Assembly (NCBI GenBank): GCA_045643205.1
Contig: JAZUKI010000007.1
Coordinates: 1-64,000, forward strand
Reading direction: 5' to 3'
Length of the DNA: 64,000 nucleotides
Origin: Clostridia bacterium
Lineage (GTDB): Bacteria; Bacillota; Clostridia; TANB77; CAG-508
Position numbers and translations under genes: made by a program. A model generated the notes under the pieces. The model saw only the letters and a program-made list of their open reading frames with translations. It did not search any database and had not been told where the DNA came from. This document shows, one piece after another, positions 9,519 through 21,044 of the stretch; the stretch's first letter is position 1, and every line of letters starts with the position of its first letter.

Positions 9519-11897
9519 TTATCCTCTTAATTCTGCATTAAATTTCTTAGCTAAATTTTCAGTAATTTTATTAATTTCTTCCGCAATTTCTTCATCAGTT
9601 AAAGTCTTTGTAGAATCTCCAATTTCAAGAGTAAATGCAATACTCTTTTTGTTTTCATCAATGCCTTTTCCTGTATACAAATCAAATACACTGCTATTTA
9701 GTAATAGCTTGCCACCAGCTGATTTGATAGTTTTTTGTAAATCACTTGCAGGAACATCTTTATCAACTAATAATGCGATATCTTTCTTAACTGTTGGGAA
9801 CTTTGAAATCTCTTTGTATTTCATTTTTCCTGTCTTTACCGCTAATAATTTATCTAAATTAATTTCAAAAACATATACTTCTTCATTGCATACATTTGGA
9901 TTAATACGTCCTATATAACCCATATATTTGCCATCTACTATAATTGATGCACTTTTTCCTGGATGTAAATCGCTTGGAATATTGTCATCTACAACAAATG
10001 AGTATCTAGAGCCATATCCAAGATATTCTAAAATTTCTTCAGCAACGCCTTTAATTGTATAGAAATCAATTTTTTCTTGTTTTAATCCTGTATAATAAGT
10101 TCCGCTCATTAAAGCTGATAATTTCTTTTCTTCAAAATATTCTTCACCTTGTTTGTAGAAACTTTTTCCAATTTCAAAGATGTTTACATCTTCTGCGTGA
10201 TGAGCTTTATTATATTGATATAATCTATAAAGAGCTGTTGTTACTGTTTGTCTTAAACAACTTCTTTCTTCAGTTAATGGTTTTAAAATTCTAATACATT
10301 CTTTGTCTTTATCAAGTTTTTCACTTGTAAACATTGGTGCTTCTTCAGCATTTGTTAAAACATAAGATAAAGTTTCGCTTAATCCTAAATTAACCATTCT
10401 GTTTCTTATTTCACGAGAAGTTTTATCGTAAGTTCCTTCTTTTACTGCTAAAGTCATTGATTTTCCTTCAACATTATCAACTCCGTAAACTCTTCCAACT
10501 TCTTCAATTAAATCTTCTTTTATTGAAATATCAATTCTTCTTGTAGGAACATCTACAACTATTGTATTGTCATTTGTTGTACATTCAAAAGCTAGTTTTC
10601 TGAAACACTCAATAATTTCTTCTTTTGAAAGATTTGTTCCTAAAATATTATTTATATTTTCTACTGTGATTTCTATTTTTTTATTTTCTTTATCTGCTTT
10701 ATCATAAATTTCTGTTCCTTTAAGAACTTCACCCTCAGCAATTTCAGATAAAAGTTTAACTGCTCTTTCCATAGCCATATAAGTTCTGTTAGGATCCAAA
10801 CCTTTTTCAAATCTGTTTGATGCTTCGCTTCTTAATATTTTATTTGAAGTTTTTCTTACACATACTCCATCAAAAACTGCAGCTTCAACTAAAACATTTT
10901 TAGTATCTTCTGTGATTTCTGTATCAAATCCACCCATAACTCCTGCAAGTCCAATTGCTCTTGTTCCATCAGAAATTACTATATCTTGATTAGATAATTC
11001 TCTTTCTTGGCTATCTAAAGTTGTAAGTTTTTCGCCTTCTTCTGCCATTCTTACTTCAATCATTCCATTTAGTTTATCAGCATCGTAAAAATGAAGTGGT
11101 TGGCCTACTTCAAGCATTACATAGTTACTAATATCAACTACATTATTGATTGGCCTTATTCCTGAAGCCATTAATCTTTCTTTAATATATTTTGGACTTT
11201 CACCAATTTTTACATTTTTAACTTCTCTTGCTAAAAACAAAGAACAATTTTCTGTTTTTATATCTAGTTTGAATTTTAATTCTTCATCTGATTCTTTATG
11301 TGATAAATCTATATCTTTAACTTTTTTATCATAAATAGCTCCAACTTCATATGCCATTCCAAGAATGCTTAATAAGTCTCCTCTATTTGCTGTTAAGTCA
11401 AAATCAATAACTCCATCATCTAATCCTAAAAATTTGATTGGATCTTGTCCAACTGGTGCATCTTCTGAAAGTTCTGCTATTCCTGAGATATCAGCTTCTG
11501 TTAAGAATTTTTTATCTAAACCTAATTCATTTAATGAGCACATCATTCCATTAGATTCTTGTCCTCTTATTACACCTTTTTTAATATCTCCACCTGGAAG
11601 TTTTGCTCCATCTAGTGCAACTATAACTTTTAATCCTTTTCTTGCATTTGGTGCTCCACAAACAATTTGTCTTACATCTCCTTCACCAATTTTTACTTGG
11701 CATATATGAAGATGGTCAGAGTCAGGATGTTCAACACAGTCCATAATTTCGCCAATTACAAGGTTTGTAGCATTTATTAATTTTCCTTCTGTGTCATATT
11801 CGTTTCCCATCTTTGTCATGTCTTCAGCAAGTTTATGAATATCTAAATCATCATCTAAATCAATATAATCTTTTAAAAAGTTTGTACTTAAAATCAT
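9519..11897 (-). CDS. pheT: Phenylalanine--tRNA ligase beta subunit
   Basis: HPDSDHL, IVCGAPN, TANRGD, RPINNVVDISNYVMLE.GQPLH, RFEKG, FDX-ACB C-terminus. Confidence 0.97.
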   Translation of the reverse strand: MILSTNFLKDYIDLDDDLDIHKLAEDMTKMGNEYDTEGKLINATNLVIGEIMDCVEHPDSDHLHICQVKIGEGDVRQIVCGAPNARKGLKVIVALDGAKLPGGDIKKGVIRGQESNGMMCSLNELGLDKKFLTEADISGIAELSEDAPVGQDPIKFLGLDDGVIDFDLTANRGDLLSILGMAYEVGAIYDKKVKDIDLSHKESDEELKFKLDIKTENCSLFLAREVKNVKIGESPKYIKERLMASGIRPINNVVDISNYVMLEVGQPLHFYDADKLNGMIEVRMAEEGEKLTTLDSQERELSNQDIVISDGTRAIGLAGVMGGFDTEITEDTKNVLVEAAVFDGVCVRKTSNKILRSEASNRFEKGLDPNRTYMAMERAVKLLSEIAEGEVLKGTEIYDKADKENKKIEITVENINNILGTNLSKEEIIECFRKLAFECTTNDNTIVVDVPTRRIDISIKEDLIEEVGRVYGVDNVEGKSMTLAVKEGTYDKTSREIRNRMVNLGLSETLSYVLTNAEEAPMFTSEKLDKDKECIRILKPLTEERSCLRQTVTTALYRLYQYNKAHHAEDVNIFEIGKSFYKQGEEYFEEKKLSALMSGTYYTGLKQEKIDFYTIKGVAEEILEYLGYGSRYSFVVDDNIPSDLHPGKSASIIVDGKYMGYIGRINPNVCNEEVYVFEINLDKLLAVKTGKMKYKEISKFPTVKKDIALLVDKDVPASDLQKTIKSAGGKLLLNSSVFDLYTGKGIDENKKSIAFTLEIGDSTKTLTDEEIAEEINKITENLAKKFNAELRG

Positions 11898-11899
11898 AA

Positions 11900-12934
11900 T
11901 TAGTCATCCTTTCTGTCAAATTGTTTTAAGAATCTGACATCATTTTCGTAAAGTAATCTTATATCTGTGATTCCATATTTGAACATTGCAAGTCTATCAA
12001 GTCCTGTACCAAAAGCAAATCCAGAATATTCTTTAGGATCATATCCATTCATTTTTAATACGTTTGGATGAACAATTCCTGCTCCTAATAATTCTATCCA
12101 TCCTGTTTGCTTACATAAATTGCATCCTTTTCCACCGCATTTGAAACAGCTTACATCAACTTCGTATGAAGGTTCTGTAAATGGGAAATATGATGGTCTG
12201 AATCTTAATTTGGTGTCATTTCCAAGCATATGCTTCATGAAAATTTCAAGTGTTCCTTTTAAGTCTGCAAATGAAATATTTTTATCAACAACTAATCCTT
12301 CAACTTGATTAAATTGATGAGAGTGTGTTGCATCATCTTCTCTTCTATATGTTTTGCCTGGAACTATAATTCTTAATGGTGTTTTTTCTGTATTAGCCAT
12401 CATTGCTCTTGCTTGTACTGCTGATGTTTGAGTACGAAGTAAGTGTTCAGGTGTAATATAAAAACTATCTTGCATATCTCTTGCAGGATGTCCCTTTGGT
12501 AAGTTTAATCTTTCAAAACAATATTCATCTGTTTCAAGTTCTGGACCTGCAACTACATCGTATCCCATTGAAACAAATAAGTCTTCTATTTCTTCAATTA
12601 CTCTTGTTAATGGATGTTTGCTTCCTCTTACAATTTTGCTTGCTGGTAAAGTTACATCGATTTTTTCTGTTTGTAACTTTTTATCCATTTCAGCTTTTGC
12701 TAAAGTTTCCATTTTTTTATTTAATATTTCGCTAACCTCTTCTTTAGCACTATTTACAATAGCTCCAAACTTTGGTTTTTCTTCTGCTGATAATGTTCCC
12801 ATCATTTTTAATAAAGCAGTTAATTCACCTTTTTTTCCAAAGTATTTAACTTTAATAGCTTCTAATGCTGCAACATCATTAGCTTGTTCAATTTCTTGTA
12901 ATGCACTTTGTTTTACTTCTTCTACCTTATCCAT
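11900..12934 (-). CDS. pheS: Phenylalanine--tRNA ligase alpha subunit
   Basis: [35 protein letters not shown]; start set at MDKV behind GAAGGG RBS. Confidence 0.97.
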   Translation of the reverse strand: MDKVEEVKQSALQEIEQANDVAALEAIKVKYFGKKGELTALLKMMGTLSAEEKPKFGAIVNSAKEEVSEILNKKMETLAKAEMDKKLQTEKIDVTLPASKIVRGSKHPLTRVIEEIEDLFVSMGYDVVAGPELETDEYCFERLNLPKGHPARDMQDSFYITPEHLLRTQTSAVQARAMMANTEKTPLRIIVPGKTYRREDDATHSHQFNQVEGLVVDKNISFADLKGTLEIFMKHMLGNDTKLRFRPSYFPFTEPSYEVDVSCFKCGGKGCNLCKQTGWIELLGAGIVHPNVLKMNGYDPKEYSGFAFGTGLDRLAMFKYGITDIRLLYENDVRFLKQFDRKDD

Positions 12935-12954
12935 AATTTTTCCCTTCTTCAAAA

Positions 12955-13195
12955 ACAAAAACGATAGTTTCCCTATTATATAGGGAGACTATCGTTAAAT
13001 CTCTGTACCACCTATTTTCATTTGATAAAATCAAATCTCATTTGAACTTTTACGTTAGCTTAAACGTCCGTACCTACTAAAGTTCAGCACAGCCCTCAAA
13101 AGTGAAATTTCAATAAATGCATATAGCGTTTTTCACCATCGCGCCTCTCTACAATATGTTTATCATTTATCTACTTTGCTTTTTCAACGGTTTAT
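12955..13195 (-). promoter_or_regulatory. T-box riboswitch (Phe, UUC specifier)
   Basis: Stem I AGAGA and GGTGAAA loops, specifier GAAATTTCAC (TTC at 13104-13106), AGTA motif, T-box AAATAGGTGGTACAGAG, terminator acgatagt-ccctat hairpin with T run before pheS. Confidence 0.88.
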
Positions 13196-13239
13196 TAAGA
13201 TGTTTTTATATTAACATAATTTAAAGTATTTTTCAATAA

Positions 13240-13866
13240 TTAATCTTCTAATTCTGTATCTTTCTTTTCTTGATATGCTGTATAGATAATTGTTGTTAAT
13301 ACATATGTTATCATTCCACATGGAACTGTATATGTACCTACTGGAATTCTACATAATGCATACATTGCATATTCTATTCCTTCAATTACAATTATTGCTG
13401 CTAAGAATAGTAACATTTGTCTTGCACCTTTGTATCTAATTGCAAAGAATGCTGAAATTAATAATGTAGATATTCCTAGTGGAACAATATAAGGTTCTAC
13501 TAATGTTCTTAATTTTATGTTTGAAACATGTTCTACAATGTAGTTTTCAGAAGTTAATGAAACTCCAAATTTTTCATTTATCTTTGTAATATAGTTTTGG
13601 AATTGTTCATCTGAAATTGAACGAACTTTTATTTGTGCACTGTTATCAAAGAATTCAACTTCTTTTACTGCATAAAAGTCGTCTCCGAATACTTCTCTTG
13701 CAACTTCTGATACATTCTCTAAATTTATATCTTTGTCTGCAGTAAATCTAACTAAGTAGCCTTCTGCATATCTTGATGTTACTCTTAATCCAACTGTAGC
13801 TGTTACAATTAGTGATGCAATAATTATCACAGCAATAGCTATACAAATAATTTTGTTTTTCATCAT
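13240..13866 (-). CDS. secF: Divergent, short SecF-like membrane protein
   Basis: Position after yajC-secD; TM1, extracellular domain, then three TM helices; only 208 aa. Confidence 0.65.
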   Translation of the reverse strand: MMKNKIICIAIAVIIIASLIVTATVGLRVTSRYAEGYLVRFTADKDINLENVSEVAREVFGDDFYAVKEVEFFDNSAQIKVRSISDEQFQNYITKINEKFGVSLTSENYIVEHVSNIKLRTLVEPYIVPLGISTLLISAFFAIRYKGARQMLLFLAAIIVIEGIEYAMYALCRIPVGTYTVPCGMITYVLTTIIYTAYQEKKDTELED

Positions 13867-13887
13867 TTATCTCCATTCATTTTAATA

Positions 13888-15321
13888 TTATCTTAATAAG
13901 AATTTGCTTACTATAAAGTTGTATACTAATGCAATAACTATTGCCCAGAACATAATCATTCCAACGCTAAATATTGCAGCCCACTCTGCTAGGCAAGCAA
14001 CTACAGATAAAATTAAAATAGGAATTACAACTAAAACAAATTGTTTTAGACATTTTGTACTGCCTTCTTTTAATTCTCTTGATGTAAGCTCTTTCTTTTT
14101 AAATAATCCGCAAACCATAAATGAATATATTGCTTGTAAGATATATCCGGCTTCGATTGCCATTATTCCATCTAATGATAATTTTACATTTGTTAATCTT
14201 ATTACTATTAATAAGATTGCAACAAATCCAATATTTATTATGCTAGCTAATATTCCTTTATATCCATATTTAACTATTAATACTAAAGCAATTGCTAATG
14301 CGATTGCGATTTCAATATACATTAAAACTTTTACTGTGTTACTTTCTACTGGTGCTGCAATATATGTATTTCCAACAACTTCATATTGATCATGCATTGC
14401 ATTATTTTCCATAATTGCTGCTAAGTTTTTAGCACTATTGTATTGATCAGTATCTTCAGATAAATCTCCTAATGTTAATGGCAATTGTCCATTATTTACA
14501 ACTGTATCAAAATCTGTTGTTAATAATTCTGTTCCATCTAAATAAATTGTAACTTGTTTATCAACATATGTAGATTCGTTTGAATTAGTTGTTGTGTTTT
14601 CAACTGTATTTTCTGTTGCATTTTCAGCTGTATTTTCTGCAACATTTTCAGTTGTTGTATTTGCTGTACCTCCAGGTACTAAAACATTTTGATATTTTGC
14701 AGTGATGTCTGAGAATTTTCCTCTACCTTTTGCATTAAAGTTAATGCTCATATATGTAGTTATTGAACCATTATAATTTGTATTTCCAATTGTAACACTA
14801 GCAATATCATCATTGTTCATTAATTCTTCGCCAGTTTCTTTGTCTTTAATTTTAAATTCTCCAACTTGGCAAATATCTGATAAAATTGTATCTGTTCTAT
14901 CATCTTCTGGAAGTGTAATTTCCATCTTTCCTGTTAATTCATCAACAGCTACAGAATAATTTTCAACCTTTAAACTTTTTAATCTCTTTCTAACTACATC
15001 TGCATTTTCTCTATAATTATTAGCTTTTTCTTCAGCTGTTAATTCTTTCTTTTCTTCAGAAGGTTGTTCTTCTGTTTTATTTTCTTCGCTATTTTCTTTG
15101 TTTTCTTCAGTGTTTTCTGCAGTTTCACCATTTCCTGCTTCTTCATTAATTTGAAGTGTAACTTGTCTATATCCAACTAAGTCAGCACTTAATATGTATC
15201 CTGGTATAACGTCTTTCATGTCACTTTTTTGTGATGTGAATACTCCAACAAATGAAGCAATAGATAGTAATATTACTACCAATATAACTATTAATACGTT
15301 AAGTTTCTTTTGAGCGTTCAT
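13888..15321 (-). CDS. secD: Divergent SecD-like membrane protein
   Basis: TM1, LSADLVG (cf. LGLDL.GG), V.KRL..L.V, I.LP, F...G..KF..IT, IYLDG, five C-terminal TMs; follows yajC. Confidence 0.75.
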   Translation of the reverse strand: MNAQKKLNVLIVILVVILLSIASFVGVFTSQKSDMKDVIPGYILSADLVGYRQVTLQINEEAGNGETAENTEENKENSEENKTEEQPSEEKKELTAEEKANNYRENADVVRKRLKSLKVENYSVAVDELTGKMEITLPEDDRTDTILSDICQVGEFKIKDKETGEELMNNDDIASVTIGNTNYNGSITTYMSINFNAKGRGKFSDITAKYQNVLVPGGTANTTTENVAENTAENATENTVENTTTNSNESTYVDKQVTIYLDGTELLTTDFDTVVNNGQLPLTLGDLSEDTDQYNSAKNLAAIMENNAMHDQYEVVGNTYIAAPVESNTVKVLMYIEIAIALAIALVLIVKYGYKGILASIINIGFVAILLIVIRLTNVKLSLDGIMAIEAGYILQAIYSFMVCGLFKKKELTSRELKEGSTKCLKQFVLVVIPILILSVVACLAEWAAIFSVGMIMFWAIVIALVYNFIVSKFLLR

Positions 15322-15329
15322 TTTTCCTC

Positions 15330-15653
15330 CTAATTGTCTTTCTCTTCATCATTTGAATTTTTTTCTTTTTGGTCTCCGTAAATATCTCTATAATCAACAT
15401 AAGAAACTGCCCATTTTTCAATTGTTATTTTATTTTTATCTGGGCTTGCTTCTATAATAATTTGATCATCATCTACATTAACTATTTTACCACTTAGTCC
15501 TCCAAAAGTTACGATATTATCGCCGACTTTTAATTCCTCTTGCATCTTTTTAACTTCTTTAGCTTTTTTTCTTTGTTGCCAATTAGTTATATAGAATAAA
15601 AATAACAATAATACAACTAATATAGCAGTTGTTATAATTTCTCTTGGTTCCAT
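15330..15653 (-). CDS. yajC: Preprotein translocase subunit YajC
   Basis: N-term TM, QQRKK, LKVGDNIVTFGGLSGKI. Confidence 0.92.
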   Translation of the reverse strand: MEPREIITTAILVVLLLFLFYITNWQQRKKAKEVKKMQEELKVGDNIVTFGGLSGKIVNVDDDQIIIEASPDKNKITIEKWAVSYVDYRDIYGDQKEKNSNDEEKDN

Positions 15654-15732
15654 TAGTTTCTATCCTAACTATTTTATATTTTTTGTTTTTATTTTATGTT
15701 TTGCTTATTTATTAACTCGTATTTTCAATTTG

Positions 15733-17505
15733 TTAATTCATTACTTGTTGATTTGGCATTTGTTGATTTGGTACTTGTTGGTCTGGATTTTGTTGATTTG
15801 TATTTTGTTGATCAACTACTTGTGGATTTGGTGTTTGTTGATCTACTGTTTGTGGGTTTAGATTTGGTTGATTTGTATTTTGTTGATCTACCACTTGTGT
15901 GTTTTGTGTTTGTTGATTTACATTTTGTTGATCTACTATTTGATTTTGATCAACTGTTTGATTTTGATCAACTGATGAATTTACAAAAGATATGTTTCCT
16001 TGATCTTTTGTTGTTGTATAAATAGAATCCCCTAAGTTTTGTTCTCTCCAATAACTAACAATGTTTATTTGTTCTTGAGCATTTCCAAAGAAATATGTTC
16101 TTTCACCATTTTCTGTACTTGAGAAAATAGCTGTTGCAACTGTTTGAACTTTTAATTCACCTTTATAATTTATTAAACCATAAAAAGCTGTAACTCTCTT
16201 ATTTCCTTTTTCATCTGCTATTTCTTTATTTTCTTTTATTACTATTGCTGAAATATCTGGAATTACTACGCAACCTTTAATGTTTGCTCTTCCTCCAGTT
16301 ACTTCTCCTTGTGGTGCTGCGCATCCTACTCCATCATAAATTGGATCAACTACTTTTGTTCCATCTACTGAATAGAATCCCCATTTACCATTCTTTTGAA
16401 CTGGTATTAATGATTGGCATAATATATAATCGCCTTCTAATTTATCATCACTATAATTGTTTCCTGAAATTCCAATCTTGTCAAAGTCTGCTGGAACTAT
16501 TATCCTACTTGTATATGATGTTTGTGCAGTAGCTCCTGAAACAACACATTGTTTGCCACTATCTGTTCCTGCTACATATAAGCCACGTTTTATATCGATA
16601 CAGAATAAATATGTATAAGTTAAATTAACATCTACTTCACCGTTCTCACTTAAAATACCATATTTATTATTTTCACCTTGTGCTACAAATTTATTTAATC
16701 CTTCAATGAATTGAAAACTTTTGTACTTTGTTCCAACTACTGAAACATAGCTCTTTGTATCACCATTATATTTATCAATTCCGTATAATCCTGTGACTGG
16801 ATCTTTTACAATAACTAAACCTCTTAGTAAAGCTTTATTGTTTTGGAATCTTATTTCATCTGAGAATCCTTCTTTTGCAGCATTTGGATGTGAGTTTTGA
16901 TATGTTCTAATTAGACTTCCTTCTAATGTTTGAATTGATAATTTTAATGTTGTTTCATCATAACTAATGCTACAGTTGAATGCTCTTTCAATTGCTGATT
17001 GGTCAGCAAGAATTCTCTTGTTTATTGTGTCATATCTAATCATTTGCTTTATATCAAAATGTTGATTTTCAACTAAAGCATTTGAATATGTATAGTACTT
17101 TGTTAATTCTTGTTTGTTTGATTCAAATATAATTTTTTCTAATTTGTTTGGATTAACAATTGTACAGTTATTTTCACTTTCATCAGTTATATCGATTCCA
17201 CCTCTATTATATGTATAATTTAGAGTTGTTGCTAAATCTTTAACTGAGAAAAACCAAGTCTTTGCAGTATTATCGTATTCATAATATACTTTGTTTCCTG
17301 TTATAGTAGTTCCATCAATATTTAATGAAAGTGTTGGTTTCTTTCCTTTAGATATTAATACTAGTAAAACTACTACAATTATTGCTAGTATAAACATTGC
17401 AGCAAATATTATTGCTAATTGTTTCTTTGTTTTTTGTTTTTCGCTATTTGTATCATTGTTGAATGATGTATTTAAATCACCAAATCCTAAATCATTATTG
17501 GCCAT
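15733..17505 (-). CDS. Membrane-anchored WG-repeat-like protein with Gln/Asn-rich C-terminal repeats
   Basis: N-term TM; GLYGI, NKYGI, GKWGF, FYGLI repeats; VDQQ repeats at C-terminus. Confidence 0.75.
   Translation of the reverse strand: MANNDLGFGDLNTSFNNDTNSEKQKTKKQLAIIFAAMFILAIIVVVLLVLISKGKKPTLSLNIDGTTITGNKVYYEYDNTAKTWFFSVKDLATTLNYTYNRGGIDITDESENNCTIVNPNKLEKIIFESNKQELTKYYTYSNALVENQHFDIKQMIRYDTINKRILADQSAIERAFNCSISYDETTLKLSIQTLEGSLIRTYQNSHPNAAKEGFSDEIRFQNNKALLRGLVIVKDPVTGLYGIDKYNGDTKSYVSVVGTKYKSFQFIEGLNKFVAQGENNKYGILSENGEVDVNLTYTYLFCIDIKRGLYVAGTDSGKQCVVSGATAQTSYTSRIIVPADFDKIGISGNNYSDDKLEGDYILCQSLIPVQKNGKWGFYSVDGTKVVDPIYDGVGCAAPQGEVTGGRANIKGCVVIPDISAIVIKENKEIADEKGNKRVTAFYGLINYKGELKVQTVATAIFSSTENGERTYFFGNAQEQINIVSYWREQNLGDSIYTTTKDQGNISFVNSSVDQNQTVDQNQIVDQQNVNQQTQNTQVVDQQNTNQPNLNPQTVDQQTPNPQVVDQQNTNQQNPDQQVPNQQMPNQQVMN
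15736..15975 (-). repeat. Coding VDQ(Q/N) tandem repeats
   Basis: VDQNQT VDQNQI VDQQNVNQQTQNTQV VDQQNTNQPNLNPQT VDQQTPNPQV VDQQNTNQQ. Confidence 0.75.
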
Positions 17506-18669
<1,164 letters not shown>

Positions 18670-18697
18670 TTAAAATTTTTCTATATTTTTTTATGTT

Positions 18698-19846
18698 TTA
18701 TCTTTCTTGTTGTGTTTCTTGTTTTTGTTCTTTTCCTAATTGTGGAGTTTTAACTTGATTTAATTGTTGTTTTGTTTGTACTGATTTTTCTGCTCGCATT
18801 TTCATTTTTTCTGCAATGATTCTGTTTTGAATATTTGCTTCTGCTTGTTCTTTTTCATCAACAATTATTCTATCCATAAATTCATTATTTTCTTTTTGGC
18901 TTAATTGGCTTATAAGTTCTGGATCATTTTTTATTACTCCTAATCCAGGATTGTTTGATTTATATTCAATAATCTCTCTTCCATATTTGTCATAATTAAT
19001 AGTTATTCCTTTTGGATTGTTATCTCTTAATATTCCGTTCTTTTCATCAAACAATACTTTTCCAATTCTTTTTTCACCTGGTACTCTATCACCAGTTTTA
19101 TATGCTTTATAGAAATCTTTTAAATTTATTTTTTTATCTGTAAGTCTAAATTTTATTAATGACATTTCTATTTCTTGTTTTTGTTTAATGTTTTCTCTTA
19201 GTCCTTTTGTATTTCCTACAGTCATTTTTTCAATTAAAAGTTTTGATTTTCCTGCAGGTTCTTCACTATCAATTGCTATATATCCTAAGTCTTGTAATAT
19301 TTTAAAGTTCTTTATATTAATAGAATGTGTTTTTGTTGCAAATCCTTGTTTGAAAACTTGTAGTTTGTCTTCTTGACCTTTACTATTTTTTACAACTGTT
19401 TCAACCATTTTGCTATCTGTTTCATGTAATGTTTGTTGATATCTTGATAATCCAACAATTGTATTTAGTGTCATTAATCCAGCTATCTCATAAGGTGTTA
19501 GTCCCTTTGTATATGATAAGCTTTCTGTTTTTTGAAACAAATAATATCTTCCATCTAATTTTTTTCTAGATGTGAACATTAAATCTTTATCATTTCTAAA
19601 CACTGTGTTAATTGCTGAAGTAGATAATCCATATACAGTTGTAAGAAAACCAGCAGCACTTACTGTAGTTGCTATAGCTGGTACAGCTATTAGTCCTCCT
19701 GCAACACCGCCTGCTATTCCGCATAAACCAATTCCAATGCCTTTTGCAATTTTTAAAGTTCTTTTCACTCTATCACTTGCAGTAGCATTATTGATTAGTT
19801 TGTTTCTTTTTTGTTCAATTGGTAAATTATTTTTATTCTCTTCCAA
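18698..19846 (-). CDS. Hypothetical protein with Gly/Ala-rich hydrophobic hairpin and charged C-terminal tail
   Basis: 382 aa ORF, TTG start behind AAAGGA; no family recognised. Confidence 0.75.
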   Translation of the reverse strand: MEENKNNLPIEQKRNKLINNATASDRVKRTLKIAKGIGIGLCGIAGGVAGGLIAVPAIATTVSAAGFLTTVYGLSTSAINTVFRNDKDLMFTSRKKLDGRYYLFQKTESLSYTKGLTPYEIAGLMTLNTIVGLSRYQQTLHETDSKMVETVVKNSKGQEDKLQVFKQGFATKTHSINIKNFKILQDLGYIAIDSEEPAGKSKLLIEKMTVGNTKGLRENIKQKQEIEMSLIKFRLTDKKINLKDFYKAYKTGDRVPGEKRIGKVLFDEKNGILRDNNPKGITINYDKYGREIIEYKSNNPGLGVIKNDPELISQLSQKENNEFMDRIIVDEKEQAEANIQNRIIAEKMKMRAEKSVQTKQQLNQVKTPQLGKEQKQETQQER

Positions 19847-19952
19847 TTTTTTTATTTTCCTTTGAATTATTTTTTATAAACATTACATCACTATTTTTTG
19901 CATTATATTTTGTTTGAACATTTTGTCTTTATTTTTTATTAAGGTGTTTTTA

Positions 19953-20978
19953 TTAGTGTATAAACATTGCATCGCCAAATGAGAAAAATCTATATTTTTC
20001 ATCTACAGCATGCTCATATGCTTTAAGAATTTTTTCTCTGTCTGAAAATGCACTAACTAGCATTAATAATGTTGATTCTGGTAAGTGAAAGTTTGTTATT
20101 AATGCATCCATACATTTAAATTTATATCCTGGATAAATGTAAATTCCTGTATCACTTTCTGTTGGTTGTACTAATCCTGTTTCTGGATCAGCAATTGTTT
20201 CTATAGTTCTGCATGAAGTAGTTCCAACGCAAATAACTCTATGTCCTGATTGTTTTGCTTTGTTTATTTTATCGCAATCTTCTTGTTTTATATAGAAGTG
20301 TTCAGAGTGCATATGATGTTCTTCAATATTTTCTTCTTTAACTGGTCTGAATGTTCCTATTCCAACATGTAAAGTTACATTTGCAATGTCTATTCCTTTT
20401 TCCTCAATTTTCTTTAAAAGTTCAGGCGTGAAATGTAATCCTGCTGTTGGTGCTGCTGCTGAACCTTTCCACTTTGCATAAACTGTATTGTATCTATCTT
20501 TTTCTTTTAAACTTTCATGTATGTATGGTGGTAATGGCATTAAACCTATTTGGTCAAGGATTTCGTTAAATATTCCCTGATATGTAAATTGTACTTTTCT
20601 AGTTCCATCTTCTAATGTTCCTAAAATTTCAGCATTTAATAGTCCATCTCCAAATGAAACTTTTGCACCTTCATGAAGTTTGTTTCCTGGACGAACCATT
20701 GCTTCCCAAATGTCTCCTTCAATTTGTTTTAATAAAACAAATTCAACATTTGCCCCTGTATCTTTTTTACCATATAAACGTGCTGGAATAACTTTTGTAT
20801 TATTTCTAACTAGGCAATCTCCTGGTTCTAAATAATCAATTATGTCATGAAATATTTTATCTTCATATTCTCCTGTTTCTCTGTCTACAACTAATAAACG
20901 TGATTCATCACGTTGCTTGATTGGAACTTGTGCTATTAATTCTTCTGGTAAATTGTAATTAAAATCTGTTACTTTCAT
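19953..20978 (-). CDS. queA: SAM:tRNA ribosyltransferase-isomerase
   Basis: [51 protein letters not shown]. Confidence 0.97.
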   Translation of the reverse strand: MKVTDFNYNLPEELIAQVPIKQRDESRLLVVDRETGEYEDKIFHDIIDYLEPGDCLVRNNTKVIPARLYGKKDTGANVEFVLLKQIEGDIWEAMVRPGNKLHEGAKVSFGDGLLNAEILGTLEDGTRKVQFTYQGIFNEILDQIGLMPLPPYIHESLKEKDRYNTVYAKWKGSAAAPTAGLHFTPELLKKIEEKGIDIANVTLHVGIGTFRPVKEENIEEHHMHSEHFYIKQEDCDKINKAKQSGHRVICVGTTSCRTIETIADPETGLVQPTESDTGIYIYPGYKFKCMDALITNFHLPESTLLMLVSAFSDREKILKAYEHAVDEKYRFFSFGDAMFIH

Positions 20979-21044
20979 TTTTTCCTTCTTTAAGACAACT
21001 CAAGGAGACGGAAAGATAATCCGTCTCCATAAGTTATTAATCAT

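Noticed and set aside
13904-14389. This and the many other plus-strand ORFs antisense to long genes (e.g. 31103-31636, 56569-56970)
   Set aside because: Shadow ORFs from codon bias of the real minus-strand genes; no motifs or RBS
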